Notes: generated by a model from the letters alone, not told the origin. 64,000 nt of DNA from Gemmatimonadota bacterium (GCA_958295535.1 OY282356.1:5976-69975); one strand, 5' to 3'; shown: positions 48,345 to 58,463, counted from the first letter of the stretch. A program made the numbers and translations.

Positions 48345-51052
48345 CTCGTTCTCACTATCGTTATCTGTGGTTTCGATGTCTCGCCGAGAGGCAGATCCGC
48401 CGCGCGCACCGAGAGCGACATGGCCTGCGCTCCGGGTTCCGACACGAGCGAGAAGTGCTGAGCACTGGATGACGCTACGTCTATCTCCAGCGCTCTTGTT
48501 TCAACTTCCAAGGGGTGCGCGCGCAGCGGAAACGGGGCGGGAAACAGCGTGCGCGTATCCGCGTCCTGGTTCAACGATGCAAACACATCGCGGAAGTCCC
48601 ACGTTGCAACGGAGAACCTGCGCGGGAGCTCCAGATCGACCGCATCGTCCGCGGCCAGCGCCACCGAAAAGTCGGCCAGCAGGTCGTCCCACTCCAGACC
48701 CGCGACGCGTTCGATGTTCGCTATGCCCCGCGCGTAGTTCCGACCGCCACCCACTATCGACCGGAAGAAGGGTCGCTCGTCGCCATCCGTTCGATCCGCC
48801 AGCCAGCGCAGCAGAAACCAGCCGAACCCTCTCATTTGAAGTGCGCCAACGCCGCCCTGCCCGCTTGCCGCGATGGTAGGCGCCGCCGCAGTCCCGAGCA
48901 GGTAGAGGCCGAGATTGAAGAAGTTGTCGCGCTGGTAGGCGTCGAAGGATCTCGCCGCCGCCGGCGTGCCGGAAAGCTGGCTGAAGGTGTAGTTGCCGCC
49001 CGCCGCCAGTCCGGCCGAAGCAAAGCCCACCGCCTCTTCGGCCACGCTCGAAAGGGCCTCGTCGAGCCAGAGCTCCTCCACCGCGGCAAAGCCCCCGGGA
49101 GATCGAAGCGCGCGCCTCTCCGCGCTGGTCAGGTGCTGGATTTCGCGGGCCACCATGCCCAGCGTGTTCCGAAGGGTCTGTTCCTTGCCTACCGCCTCGG
49201 CCACCCTCCCGTCCGGGTCCGCGACGGCGGCGTAGATGATCTCGGCCTCGTTGCTGGCCGGACATGCTTCGGATGCGGCGTCGGATCCCCCGTCTCCACC
49301 GCGCCCGGAGGCGGCCAAGTCCAGGGGAAGGAAGAACCCGCGGGTGTCCGCCTCGTCGTTCCCGAGCCTGTTGACCTCCGACGTGAAGAGAACGACGACC
49401 GCGCCATTGCCATCTATGTCCGCGGCGCTGCCGAAGTACGATGCGACCGTTGGGGCAACCGTTCGATTCAGCTCTTCGCCGAGCGCAAGCCACTCCTCGG
49501 CGCTCGGCCCGCCCGGCGGCGCGGACATGTCCTCGGCCAAGATCAGGTGCTCCCCCTCGGCTCTGACCACCCCGCGGATCACCTTGGCCGTGTCGGTACA
49601 TGTAGCCCGCATGGCTTGGCCAAGGGCGAAGAAGTACTCGAGCGTGTCCCCGAGGACCGGGATGGAGGGCATGCGAACGGGGGCGCCATCCTGGCGTCGC
49701 TCCAGGGACACGGGGGCGATACGAGACTGCGCCAGATGATCTAACGCTTGCGAGCGGATCACCATGTTGGCGCTCGGTTGGGCGAGAGCCGCAGCCCGCA
49801 GCCGGACGTCGAAGTGCGGCGGTTCGAGGGAAGCGACGGGGCCGAACTCCGCCGCATCGCCGGGCGTGCGCGTCGCCACCGTCATGGAAAGGGGCTTTGA
49901 CGCCACCCTGCTCACGTTGCCAATCGTGATCTGGAATTCCCGCTCGCCTGCCGCCTCTTCGTCCTCGGGCGGCAGGAAGTGAACGCATTCGACCTCCGGC
50001 GAGCCGCTCAGCGTCAACGCCTCGCCCACCTCCAGGTCGACGCGCGGTTCAGCCGGGTCCAGAAGAAGAAGAATGCCGTTGCTGGCGAACCCGCCGGCGA
50101 TTACCCGAACTCCCACCTCGCGCTGCGGAAGACACGCACCGGCAAAGGCAGGCACATCGATGACGAGTTCCGTCGTCGAGGCGCTCACGACGGTGGCGGG
50201 GATGCCCTCGATTCGCACTTCGTTGTCGGCTGGCACGGGGCTGAACCCGCTGCCGAACACCTTGCCGCGCGTCCCTGCCTCCAACCGCCCCGTCTCGGCC
50301 GAGTCGAGGGCGACAGGACTGTCCAGCGACGCGAGAGCCATCCCGGTAAAGGAGATGGTGTCGGAATACACGCCACCGGTGGCAAATGCATCTACGCGGT
50401 AGCCGCCCGCCGCCGGCCCGAGAGTGAACACGGTGCGGGCCAACCCGTACGAGTCGGACGGCACAAGCCCGTTCGTCAGCGCTCCGGCGCCATCGCCGCC
50501 GCCGCCGTCTGCCACAGGATCTTCTCCGCGCATCTGCCGGAACACTATCTCTACGCCGCCGGCGGGCGTGCCCCCCGGAACGGCGGCGCGGATCTCGAAG
50601 GGCAGCGGCAGCTGGCTGCCAACCTCCGCGCGCTGGGAGTCGCCGCTTACGAGATCGAGGAGAACGGTGTCGGCGGCCTCGGCGCGGACCGAGAAGTCGA
50701 TCGGAGCCACATGGCTTGCGCTCGGGATATCCACCCGGATCGCCGCCTCGCCCGGAGTTGTCGCGGCGCGGTAGACGGACTCGGCAATTCCGGTTTGGCT
50801 CGCCACGGCGACGCCCGGCGAGAGACTCCCTCCGCCGCTCACTACCAGGAAGCGGACTGGCGTCCCCTCTACCGGGTTGCCGAGCGCGTCCTCGACCCGA
50901 ACGGCGATCGGCGGATCGGTGCTCTCGCCGGTGACGACGGTGTCCGCGAGCGCGGAGACCGCGGTCAGCTGCATCGGCGGCGATCCGATCTCGGTGCTAC
51001 CGCCGTCTCCGCACGCGCCGAGGCCCCACACAAGGACGGAGGCAGCCGACAT
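48341..51052 (-). CDS. Large secreted lipoprotein with bacterial Ig-like (Big) domains, function unknown
   Basis: Lipobox LVWGLGACGDGG at the internal ATG (51052). The track ORF extends to 51346. Ig-like repeats 'VTGESTDPPIAVRVEDALGNPVEGTPVRFLVVSGGGSL...'. No HEXXH seen. Confidence 0.5.
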   Translation of the reverse strand: MSAASVLVWGLGACGDGGSTEIGSPPMQLTAVSALADTVVTGESTDPPIAVRVEDALGNPVEGTPVRFLVVSGGGSLSPGVAVASQTGIAESVYRAATTPGEAAIRVDIPSASHVAPIDFSVRAEAADTVLLDLVSGDSQRAEVGSQLPLPFEIRAAVPGGTPAGGVEIVFRQMRGEDPVADGGGGDGAGALTNGLVPSDSYGLARTVFTLGPAAGGYRVDAFATGGVYSDTISFTGMALASLDSPVALDSAETGRLEAGTRGKVFGSGFSPVPADNEVRIEGIPATVVSASTTELVIDVPAFAGACLPQREVGVRVIAGGFASNGILLLLDPAEPRVDLEVGEALTLSGSPEVECVHFLPPEDEEAAGEREFQITIGNVSRVASKPLSMTVATRTPGDAAEFGPVASLEPPHFDVRLRAAALAQPSANMVIRSQALDHLAQSRIAPVSLERRQDGAPVRMPSIPVLGDTLEYFFALGQAMRATCTDTAKVIRGVVRAEGEHLILAEDMSAPPGGPSAEEWLALGEELNRTVAPTVASYFGSAADIDGNGAVVVLFTSEVNRLGNDEADTRGFFLPLDLAASGRGGDGGSDAASEACPASNEAEIIYAAVADPDGRVAEAVGKEQTLRNTLGMVAREIQHLTSAERRALRSPGGFAAVEELWLDEALSSVAEEAVGFASAGLAAGGNYTFSQLSGTPAAARSFDAYQRDNFFNLGLYLLGTAAAPTIAASGQGGVGALQMRGFGWFLLRWLADRTDGDERPFFRSIVGGGRNYARGIANIERVAGLEWDDLLADFSVALAADDAVDLELPRRFSVATWDFRDVFASLNQDADTRTLFPAPFPLRAHPLEVETRALEIDVASSSAQHFSLVSEPGAQAMSLSVRAADLPLGETSKPQITIVRTR

Positions 51053-51530
51053 GCGCGCCACGCCCGCCGGCCAAACCGGCCGCAACGCCCGGCGCGCGGC
51101 GCTTGTCCGCCGCCCCGCGTTCGGGAAGGGCGACGCGACGGACGCCTTCAACGGCGCCACGGCTGTCGCCGCCCCGCGTCGAGCGAACGCCGCACAGCGA
51201 GCGAACGCTCCACATCGATTCGAGTTTCTGGGTGCATCAACTTGAGTTTCTGCGTGCATACGTTTCAGGTGCTTGGCGCCACGCCTCCCGTTTCGGGTCC
51301 TCCTCCGTCCCGGCAGCATCTTTCCACCACCGAGAACAGCCAACAAACATCCGACGCTAGTCTATTCAATACAGCGGAAACAATCAAAAGGTTCGGCCTC
51401 GCACTTTTCTTGTCTCGCTTGTCTCTCAGCCCCTTTTATTGGCAACACCCTGTTGTCCCACAACGTTGTCCCGCAACACCGTCGTGTTCGCAGCGCCCAA
51501 GCGGGGGGCGGTCAAAGTCGTTAGATTGTT

Positions 51531-51913
51531 CGGCGGCGGAGGAAGAAGAGGTCGCGGACGAGCGCCAGTCGCATCGTTCGAGGAAAGTCCGGGCTCCGCA
51601 GGGCACGGTGCCGGGTAACGCCCGGGCGTCGCGAGGCGACGGAAAGCGCCGCAGAGAGCAGACCGCCGATGGCGGCTCAGGCCGCACAGGCAAGGGTGAA
51701 AGGGTGGGGTAAGAGCCCACCGCGCCTACTGGTAACAGAGGTGGCACGGCAAGCCCCGCCGGGAGCAAGGCCAAGCAGGAGCGAGCGGTTGCCCGCCGCG
51801 TTCGAGCTCCGGGTAGGCCGCATGAGGTCCCGGGAGACCGCGGGCCCAAGATAGATGACCTCGGCCTCGGGCGCGTCCCGCAGGTTGACAGAACCCGGCT
51901 TATCTTCCTCCGC
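51531..51913 (+). ncRNA. rnpB: RNase P RNA (bacterial type A)
   Basis: P4 'GAGGAAAGUCCGGGCUCC', 'GGUAACGCCCGGG', 'GGGUGAAAGGGUG', 'ACAGAACCCGGCUUA'. P1 pairing ggcggaggaagaag / cttatcttcctccgcc. Followed by a T-run. Spurious ORFs overlap it. Confidence 0.9.
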
Positions 51914-52108
51914 CCTTTTTTCTTGTTCAAAAGAGAACCGTTCAATCGACTTGATCGACGAGGATTGTTTGTTGACGCCAGCTTCACTCCTTTGGGCGAT
52001 AAGCTGCCAACCAGATCGAGACGAGACTGTCTCGTTGTGTTCGTGGCCGTGGTGGCGGCCGTGCTGGTCGGGATGTGCGCCACGGGCGCGGCTTCATGAC
52101 GGCGGCTG

Positions 52109-52303
52109 GTGACCCGCGAGATACTGGCGGAAATCGTTGCGTACGTGCTGGGTGTGGCCTGGCTGGTCTTGCTGGTCTATCTGGTTTGGATATGGATGAC
52201 CGCCACGCCACCCGAGCGCGAGATCCTGCCGAAAATCACTGCAGCCGTGCTGATCGGGCTGGCCTTTTTCGTGCTGGTGGTGCTGTTCGGGCCCTCGCTA
52301 TGA
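52109..52303 (+). CDS. Small 2-TM membrane protein, hypothetical
   Basis: 64 aa. Two clear hydrophobic helices. Confidence 0.35.
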   Translation: MTREILAEIVAYVLGVAWLVLLVYLVWIWMTATPPEREILPKITAAVLIGLAFFVLVVLFGPSL

Positions 52304-52436
52304 ACGCGACGATGGTCGTGCTGCCGGAGCGCGACGGGCGCGACCCCGAGCATGACAGCCCGGGTTCTTGAAAGACGAGTGTCATTTGAAACAGGATGCC
52401 GATGCCTGGGGGAGCTTCCGGCAGGGGCGCTTCCGG

Positions 52437-52483
52437 CGGGGGAGATTCCAGCGGGGGAGATTCCAGCGGGGGAGATTCCAGCG
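52437..52483 (+). repeat. 3x 15-nt tandem repeat GCGGGGGAGATTCCA immediately upstream of the M16 peptidase ATG (each unit contains a GGGGGAG SD-like motif)
   Basis: Seen directly. Preceded by 2x GGGNGCTTCCGGC. Confidence 0.75.
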
Positions 52484-53770
52484 ATGAGAGTGTCGCAAAC
52501 CAGCGTGGCCCTCGACTTCGAGGAACACACGCTCGACAATGGACTGAGGGTTGTTCTGCAGCCCGACTCTTCGGCGCCGCTGGTCGCCGTGCAGGTCATG
52601 TATCATGTGGGTTCCAAGAATGAACGGCCCGGCCGAACCGGCTTCGCCCACCTCTTCGAGCACCTCCTGTTCCAGGGCTCCGAGAACGTGCCGCGCGAAG
52701 GGCACTTCAGGTTCATTCAGGACGCCGGCGGCACTCTGAACGGGACGACCTGGTTCGACCGAACGAACTACTTCGAAACGGTGCCTGCGAACGAACTGGA
52801 TCTTGCTCTCTGGCTGGAGTCCGACCGCATGGGCTTCTTCAAACCGGGCATTACGCAGGAGAAGCTCGACAACCAGCGCGAAGTCGTGAAGAACGAGCGT
52901 AGGCAGTCGTACGAGAATCGACCTTACGGTCTAGCGTTAGAGACGGTGTTCGCCGAGGCGTACGACGAGGGACACCCCTACCGTCACCCCACCATCGGCT
53001 ACATGGCCGACATCGACGCCGCGGCCCTCGAAGATGTCCACGACTTCTTCGATCTCCACTACGGACCGAACAACGCCGTGCTGGTACTGGCCGGCGACTT
53101 CGAGACGGGAGCGGCGCTGGAGCGGGTCAAGGCGTGGTTCGGCGACATCCCGCCCCGCCCGGTTCCGCCCCGCCCGGTGGTGCCTGCGCCGCCTTGCCGG
53201 GGGGAGAGGCGCGCCGAGATAGCCGACAATGTTCAGGCCCCGCGGGTGTATCTCATGTTCCACTCTCCGTCCTGCAACGATCCGGGCTTCGAAACGGTGG
53301 ACACCCTCGCGTGTTTGCTTGCCGATGGGGACAGTTCGCGGCTGCAGCGGGCGCTCGTCTACGAGCAGCAGGTGGCGGCCGATGTGGATGCGTTCACATG
53401 GCCGACGGAGAACGCCGGGATGTGCTTCGTGGTCGCGACGGCCCGCCTGGGCGTCTCGCCCGATCGACTCGAGGGGGCGTTGCGCGACGTCATCGATGAA
53501 GTAAGGACGGATGGCGTCGGGGCCGGCGAGCTGCAGGGCGCTTTGAACCGCGTGCGGTACGCGCTGGTGAGCGGGCTGGCGAGCTTTGGCAGCAGGGCCG
53601 ACGCGCTGGCGCACGCGGCGGTGCTGCGAGGCGATCCTCGCTATGTGAACGATGCGCTGGGGCGCTACGCCGCGGTAAGCCGGGATGCGGTTCACGGCAT
53701 GGCGCGAACCGTCCTCGACCCGCGGCGGCTCACGGCGCTTCATGTCGTGCCGGAAGCTGGGAAATCGTGA
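52484..53770 (+). CDS. M16-family zinc peptidase (pitrilysin/insulinase-like), catalytic subunit
   Basis: Inverted zinc motif HLFEHLLFQGSEN...E. ATG 52484 preferred over track start 52352. Confidence 0.85.
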   Translation: MRVSQTSVALDFEEHTLDNGLRVVLQPDSSAPLVAVQVMYHVGSKNERPGRTGFAHLFEHLLFQGSENVPREGHFRFIQDAGGTLNGTTWFDRTNYFETVPANELDLALWLESDRMGFFKPGITQEKLDNQREVVKNERRQSYENRPYGLALETVFAEAYDEGHPYRHPTIGYMADIDAAALEDVHDFFDLHYGPNNAVLVLAGDFETGAALERVKAWFGDIPPRPVPPRPVVPAPPCRGERRAEIADNVQAPRVYLMFHSPSCNDPGFETVDTLACLLADGDSSRLQRALVYEQQVAADVDAFTWPTENAGMCFVVATARLGVSPDRLEGALRDVIDEVRTDGVGAGELQGALNRVRYALVSGLASFGSRADALAHAAVLRGDPRYVNDALGRYAAVSRDAVHGMARTVLDPRRLTALHVVPEAGKS

Positions 53771-55203
53771 AGCCGGACCGGACAGCCATGACCCCGGACC
53801 GGGCAGCCAGGACGCCAAGCCGGGCAGCCGCGACGCCAGACCCGCGAGTCGCGACGCCGGACCGGACGGTTCGCCCGCCCGCCGGGGTCGCCCGCCCGCT
53901 TGATCTGCCAACGTTCGAGGGCGGTCGGCTAGCGAACGGTCTCCGCTACGAATTTGCCCGGCGCCCCGGCATCCCGGAGGTGTCTCTCCGGCTCATCATG
54001 GAGTGCGGGGCGGGCGCGGAACCGGCGGCCCATGCTGGCGTGGCGGCGCTCGCCGCCCGCCTTCTCGTATCCGGCACGCCGGGGCGGGATGCCATGGATG
54101 TGGCGAGGCGGCTGGATCGCCTCGGAGCGGTCCACGCCGCCTCGGCCGGCTACTCCGTCGGCGCGGTCGCGATGGAGTGCCTGTCCGAAGTGTTCGACGA
54201 GGCGCTCGACTTTCTCGCGGATACGACGCTCCGATCCGACTTCCCGGAGAGCGAAGTCGTCCGCCTCAGAGACGAGCGCCTGGACGAGATAAAGCGCCGG
54301 CGCGACGAACCGGCGGCCGTAGCCGACCTCGCCCTGATCGGAGAGCTCTACGGCGAGGGACTGTACGGCCGTCCGGTGGCGGGCACCGAGGAAACGGTGT
54401 CGCAGCTTGCCCGAGAGACGGTCTGCGCCTTTCACGAGGCGCGATACCGTCCCGGTGGCGCCCTGCTCGTAATATGCGGCGATGTGTCGTCCGAGCGGAT
54501 CGGGCCGGCGGTCGAGGCCCGCTTCGAAGGCTGGACGGGACGGTGCGGACGCGTCGAACCGCCTCCGACGCCCGAGGCGCCCGGCGGCGGCGTCATCCTG
54601 ATCGACCGACCCGGAAGCCCTCAGTCGGAAGTGCGGGTCGGGACCGTCGGAGTCCCGTTCGGCACCGACGATCACTATGCGATAATAGTCGCCAACGCCA
54701 TCCTGGGCGGACTGTTCCACTCGCGCATCAACCTCAATCTCCGCGAGGACAAAGGATGGACGTACGGGGCGCGGTCAGACTTCAGATTCCGCCGGGGGGC
54801 AGGTCCGTTCGTGGCTCGCACTGCCGTCGAGACGGCGGTGACGGGCCCGGCCTTCGAAGAGATACTGAAGGAGATCGACATGCTGAGCCGGGAGCTCGTG
54901 AGCAAGGACGAACTGCAGCTGGTCCGCAACGCCCTGACTCTCTCCCTGCCGCGCCAATTCGAGACGGCGCCTCATGTCTGCGCGAAGAGAAGCCGGCAGC
55001 GCATCTTCGGCTTGCCCGAAGATTACTGGGAGGAGTACACCGCCCGGATCGTGTCCGTAACCCCCGAGCAGATTAGAGCGACGTGCCGGAAGTACCTGGG
55101 TCCCGACCGCCTGACGCTGCTTGCGGTCGGAGATGCGGAGAAGGCAGCGCCGGCGCTCGGGAAGCTGGGCGCCGTGGATATCCGACCCTTGGGGGAGGTT
55201 TAG
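53767..55203 (+). CDS. M16-family peptidase, second (non-catalytic, HxxEH-lacking) subunit
   Basis: M16 fold without an intact HxxEH. GTGA overlap with the upstream M16 gene. Confidence 0.8.
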   Translation: MKPDRTAMTPDRAARTPSRAAATPDPRVATPDRTVRPPAGVARPLDLPTFEGGRLANGLRYEFARRPGIPEVSLRLIMECGAGAEPAAHAGVAALAARLLVSGTPGRDAMDVARRLDRLGAVHAASAGYSVGAVAMECLSEVFDEALDFLADTTLRSDFPESEVVRLRDERLDEIKRRRDEPAAVADLALIGELYGEGLYGRPVAGTEETVSQLARETVCAFHEARYRPGGALLVICGDVSSERIGPAVEARFEGWTGRCGRVEPPPTPEAPGGGVILIDRPGSPQSEVRVGTVGVPFGTDDHYAIIVANAILGGLFHSRINLNLREDKGWTYGARSDFRFRRGAGPFVARTAVETAVTGPAFEEILKEIDMLSRELVSKDELQLVRNALTLSLPRQFETAPHVCAKRSRQRIFGLPEDYWEEYTARIVSVTPEQIRATCRKYLGPDRLTLLAVGDAEKAAPALGKLGAVDIRPLGEV

Positions 55204-55209
55204 CCGGAG

Positions 55210-55938
55210 ATGGACGATCCGGCGATGGATGATCCGGCGATGGCCGATCCGTCGGAAGGCGGCGGCAGAGCGGTCGGCGGCGGCAGCTCATCCCCGGCTG
55301 ACAGCGGCGGAGGCGGGCGCGCTCGGGAGATGGCCGATCGAGCGGTCGGCGGCGGCAGCTCCGCCGGGCGCATGGGCGGCGCGCGGGCGTATCGGGGCCT
55401 GACGATAGACATCGATGTGGATACGGTCCGCTTTCCGGATGGCTCGGTTGGCGAACTCGAGATGGTTCGACACCCGGGCGCCGCATTGGTCGTTCCAATA
55501 GAGGCGGCGGGCGACGGCCAACCAATTGTCACTCTCGTGCGTCAATATAGATATGCGGCGGGCGGATTCATCTGGGAAGCTCCGGCAGGCAAGCTGTCTC
55601 CGGGAGAGTCCCCGGAAGTCTGCGCTCGGCGCGAGTTGGAGGAGGAGACGGGCTTGCGCGCGCTCAGCCTCGAGCGTTTGGGGTCGATCTACACGACGCC
55701 GGGTTTCACGGATGAGGTCATTCATCTGTTCATGGCTTTGGAGGTGGAGGCGGGCACAGCCAACCCGGGGGCGAGCGAGTTCATCGAGGTGCACCGCCTG
55801 ACCCTCGGCGAGACGCAGGACATGATGGCCACCGGCGAGATAGTCGACGCCAAGACGATCTGCGGGCTGACGCTTTCTGCGAGGCGTCTGGAACGAAAAG
55901 GCTGGCAGAGCGCGGGAGGGGCCAAGGGCGAGAGGTAG
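55210..55938 (+). CDS. Nudix hydrolase (ADP-ribose pyrophosphatase-like)
   Basis: Nudix box 'GKLSPGESPEVCARRELEEETGL'. The N-terminal ~55 aa are low-complexity (MDDPA repeats); an internal start (~55372) is possible. Confidence 0.8.
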   Translation: MDDPAMDDPAMADPSEGGGRAVGGGSSSPADSGGGGRAREMADRAVGGGSSAGRMGGARAYRGLTIDIDVDTVRFPDGSVGELEMVRHPGAALVVPIEAAGDGQPIVTLVRQYRYAAGGFIWEAPAGKLSPGESPEVCARRELEEETGLRALSLERLGSIYTTPGFTDEVIHLFMALEVEAGTANPGASEFIEVHRLTLGETQDMMATGEIVDAKTICGLTLSARRLERKGWQSAGGAKGER

Positions 55939-56019
55939 CGGCGGCCGGGCGAGGAGAGGCCGAGGCCGGGGGCGAGGGAGCTGGCGTTACTTCGCTGGCA
56001 GAACAGGCGTCTAGAAGAC

Positions 56020-56676
56020 ATGAAGACGAATCGGAAGCTCGGTCTAGCCGTGCAAGATAACGCTGCCGCCTTGCTGGAACCCGTCGGGTACAGCCAGCTG
56101 CGGCATCTCGAAGATGCCGAGCTCGTCAAGCGCTACCTCGCGGGCCAGCGCTACGCGTTCACCGAGTTGGCCAACCGGTACCAGGACCGCCTGCTGAACT
56201 TCATCTACCGGATGATCGGCGACCGGGACCGAGCGGAAGATTTGGCGCAGGAGACCTTCGTGCGCGTGTACCGGCACCTGCACCGCTACGATTCGGGCCG
56301 CAAGTTTTCAACCTGGATACTGACGATCGCCAGCAACCTGTCGAAGAACGAACTGCGAAACCGCGCCCGGAATCCGCTGGTGCTCTTCCAGGCGATGAGG
56401 GCCAGCTGGCAAGCCGATAACCGTCCTATCGAGTTCGAAGACAAGCGCAACCTGCCTGACGATCTCTTCCGGAAGCGGCGCCTCCAGGAACAGGTCGAGA
56501 TCGCCGTCACGAAGCTGCCGGAACACCACAGAGTCGTTTTCGTTCTTCGTGAAATGGAAGGGAAGACTTACGACGAGATATCGCAGATCACGGGCGTCAC
56601 TCTCGGCACGGTCAAGTCTCGTCTCAATCGAGCGCGCAACCGCTTCGCCCAGATCATCCTTCCGATGCTGGACTAG
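56020..56676 (+). CDS. ECF-family RNA polymerase sigma factor (sigma-70 regions 2 and 4)
   Basis: 'DLAQETFVRVYRHL..Y', 'FSTWILTIASN', region 4 'YDEISQITGVTLGTVKSRLNRAR'. Confidence 0.9.
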   Translation: MKTNRKLGLAVQDNAAALLEPVGYSQLRHLEDAELVKRYLAGQRYAFTELANRYQDRLLNFIYRMIGDRDRAEDLAQETFVRVYRHLHRYDSGRKFSTWILTIASNLSKNELRNRARNPLVLFQAMRASWQADNRPIEFEDKRNLPDDLFRKRRLQEQVEIAVTKLPEHHRVVFVLREMEGKTYDEISQITGVTLGTVKSRLNRARNRFAQIILPMLD

Positions 56677-56748
56677 CTCGCTGCCATAGCTGGTAGTCGA
56701 TCGAGCGCGCAACCGCTCGCCCAGATCATCCTTCCGATGCTGGACTAG
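56627..56748 (+). repeat. Direct duplication of the last ~50 bp of the ECF sigma gene (copy 2 is 22 nt downstream of copy 1, 1 indel)
   Basis: atcgagcgcgcaaccgct(t)cgcccagatcatccttccgatgctggactagc x2. Confidence 0.8.
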
Positions 56749-56837
56749 CCCGCAGCCAACGCCAAGAAGCTAGCCCGAAGCTCGACCAGCGGCCTCCTGC
56801 CCGCACTTGCCGACCCGGTCCTGCCAGCTTGGCCGGA

Positions 56838-57398
56838 TCACGCCGACGGCCAGAGCAATCCGAAGATGGCGCCTGTGAGCAGGGCGTACGCGTAGCCGTC
56901 GATCGCATGCTTCACCGCGACCCGCCGGGGCAGGCCGAACCAGATGCTTTCCTGTACGCCGACTAGTCCGTATGCCAGGAATGCGGCTGGTCCGGTGCCG
57001 CCGAACACCGCCAGGAAGGGCGCGCCCGGCTCGAGCGCTCCCGACGCGAGGTAGGCAACCAGGGCGCTGACGATCAGGAAGAAAAGGAACATCTTGATCA
57101 AGGCGGGCCCCATGTTGAGCACAGCGTTCGGCCTCTGGACGCGCACTATGCCCACCGGGCCGGTCCGCACCTTGTCCAGGTACTCCTTGCGGTTCCGGTC
57201 CCCCCACTTGCCAAAGGGGAAGTAGTACATGCCGGGCTTGCCCGCGCACCTTCGAATCGCATCCATCAAGTCGTCCTCGTTGTCCGGCGGCGCGAAGTCC
57301 CGCTTGTGATGCGGCATTACCGTCCACACGAGCGAGCTCAGGAGGAAGACGCCGGCGGCAGAGACGAGGATCGGCAGCCAGAGGGATTCGGTTGTCAT
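56838..57398 (-). CDS. Hypothetical polytopic membrane protein
   Basis: 186 aa with ~4 hydrophobic helices. Antisense to the flanking sigma/anti-sigma genes. Confidence 0.45.
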   Translation of the reverse strand: MTTESLWLPILVSAAGVFLLSSLVWTVMPHHKRDFAPPDNEDDLMDAIRRCAGKPGMYYFPFGKWGDRNRKEYLDKVRTGPVGIVRVQRPNAVLNMGPALIKMFLFFLIVSALVAYLASGALEPGAPFLAVFGGTGPAAFLAYGLVGVQESIWFGLPRRVAVKHAIDGYAYALLTGAIFGLLWPSA

Positions 57399-57588
57399 CG
57401 GCCTGCTCCTTGTTCAGAGGCGATCAGTTGGCTGGCTTCGAGGGCGATCGGTTAGCTTGGCGATCGGGCAGTTTCTCAGTACGTCCGCATCGCGGGGAAG
57501 GTTCTGTCCTAGGAACTCCGTGGCGAACCGAGTACCGCATATCACTGCGTGCCAACACCATACTAGAAGAGGAGGCAGCTCGGTGAAC

Positions 57589-58254
57589 ATGCAAACCAAT
57601 ATGGTGATTGCCGTAAGCGGCGTATTCATCTTCATAGTGGTTCGGGCTTTGATTGCCGGGCAACCCGCGCCAGAACCGATGATGGTTCAAGCTGTCCACG
57701 GTCAGATGCCCGGTAGAGGAGTAGGAAGCAGGGAAGAAAAGGGTCCGGCTATGCGTGTCGAGCCAGTGGTATCGATAGCTCCGGCGCTCAATTGGACGCT
57801 GGACCGCACTGTTCACACCCGATTCTATGTCTTCCTCACGGATGCGGACGGTACGCCTGTCTCGCCGCCAGGAGGCCATGATGGCAGGATCAGGGGATGT
57901 AACGCGTTTGACGTCATAGCAACCGACGACAGCTGCATGTCCCACATAGAAGGGCTACGCGCCCAGATGACTTTCAGCCGCCCAACATACCAATACGGCG
58001 GACAGTCCTACCCCGCGTTCGATTCGTGGTGGGAGACTAACCCCGCAGAGGTATACGACGACTTGCCCGAGGGCGCTACGGCAGTCTTTGAGACGTGGAA
58101 CGCGCTTGGCTACGGTTACCCAGTTACGTTTCTCTACGAGTGGAACGACGACGCGTTCCATCAGAACTGGGAGTGTTCTGTAACCACCGAAGACGGCAGC
58201 TATAATGCACGTTCTGGGGATCGTCTGGTTGCCACTTGTGAAGACTGGTCTTAG
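57589..58254 (+). CDS. Hypothetical exported protein in a lower-GC (~55%) segment
   Basis: Strong RBS AGAAGAGGAGG 12 nt upstream of ATG 57589. N-terminal signal/TM helix. Trp/Tyr-rich, no known motif. Confidence 0.5.
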   Translation: MQTNMVIAVSGVFIFIVVRALIAGQPAPEPMMVQAVHGQMPGRGVGSREEKGPAMRVEPVVSIAPALNWTLDRTVHTRFYVFLTDADGTPVSPPGGHDGRIRGCNAFDVIATDDSCMSHIEGLRAQMTFSRPTYQYGGQSYPAFDSWWETNPAEVYDDLPEGATAVFETWNALGYGYPVTFLYEWNDDAFHQNWECSVTTEDGSYNARSGDRLVATCEDWS

Positions 58255-58463
58255 ATGGCAGACGACCACGATAATAGAGTCGCAGCGGCGACTGGCCGTG
58301 CGCGGGGCGGTCCAGTGCCGCAACTCCGGTTGCGAAGTGAACCTCGCTCACGGGCGCGAGGGGGTGGAACCACGGGGAGTCCATAGAGTAATATTCCCCT
58401 GGTTGGACTCGCGGAACGCTGGAGTCGATTTTCACGGAAAACGGAGGATGCAATCGCACTAGG

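Noticed and set aside
48501-49988. 495-aa and 409-aa ORFs overlapping the large Ig-like lipoprotein gene on both strands
   Set aside because: Arg/Gly-rich alternative-frame products. The chosen frame has lipobox and domain-like repeats.
51436-52083. ORFs 51436..52083(-), 51669..51854(+), 51855..52112(+)
   Set aside because: They overlap the RNase P RNA gene, which explains the sequence conservation here.
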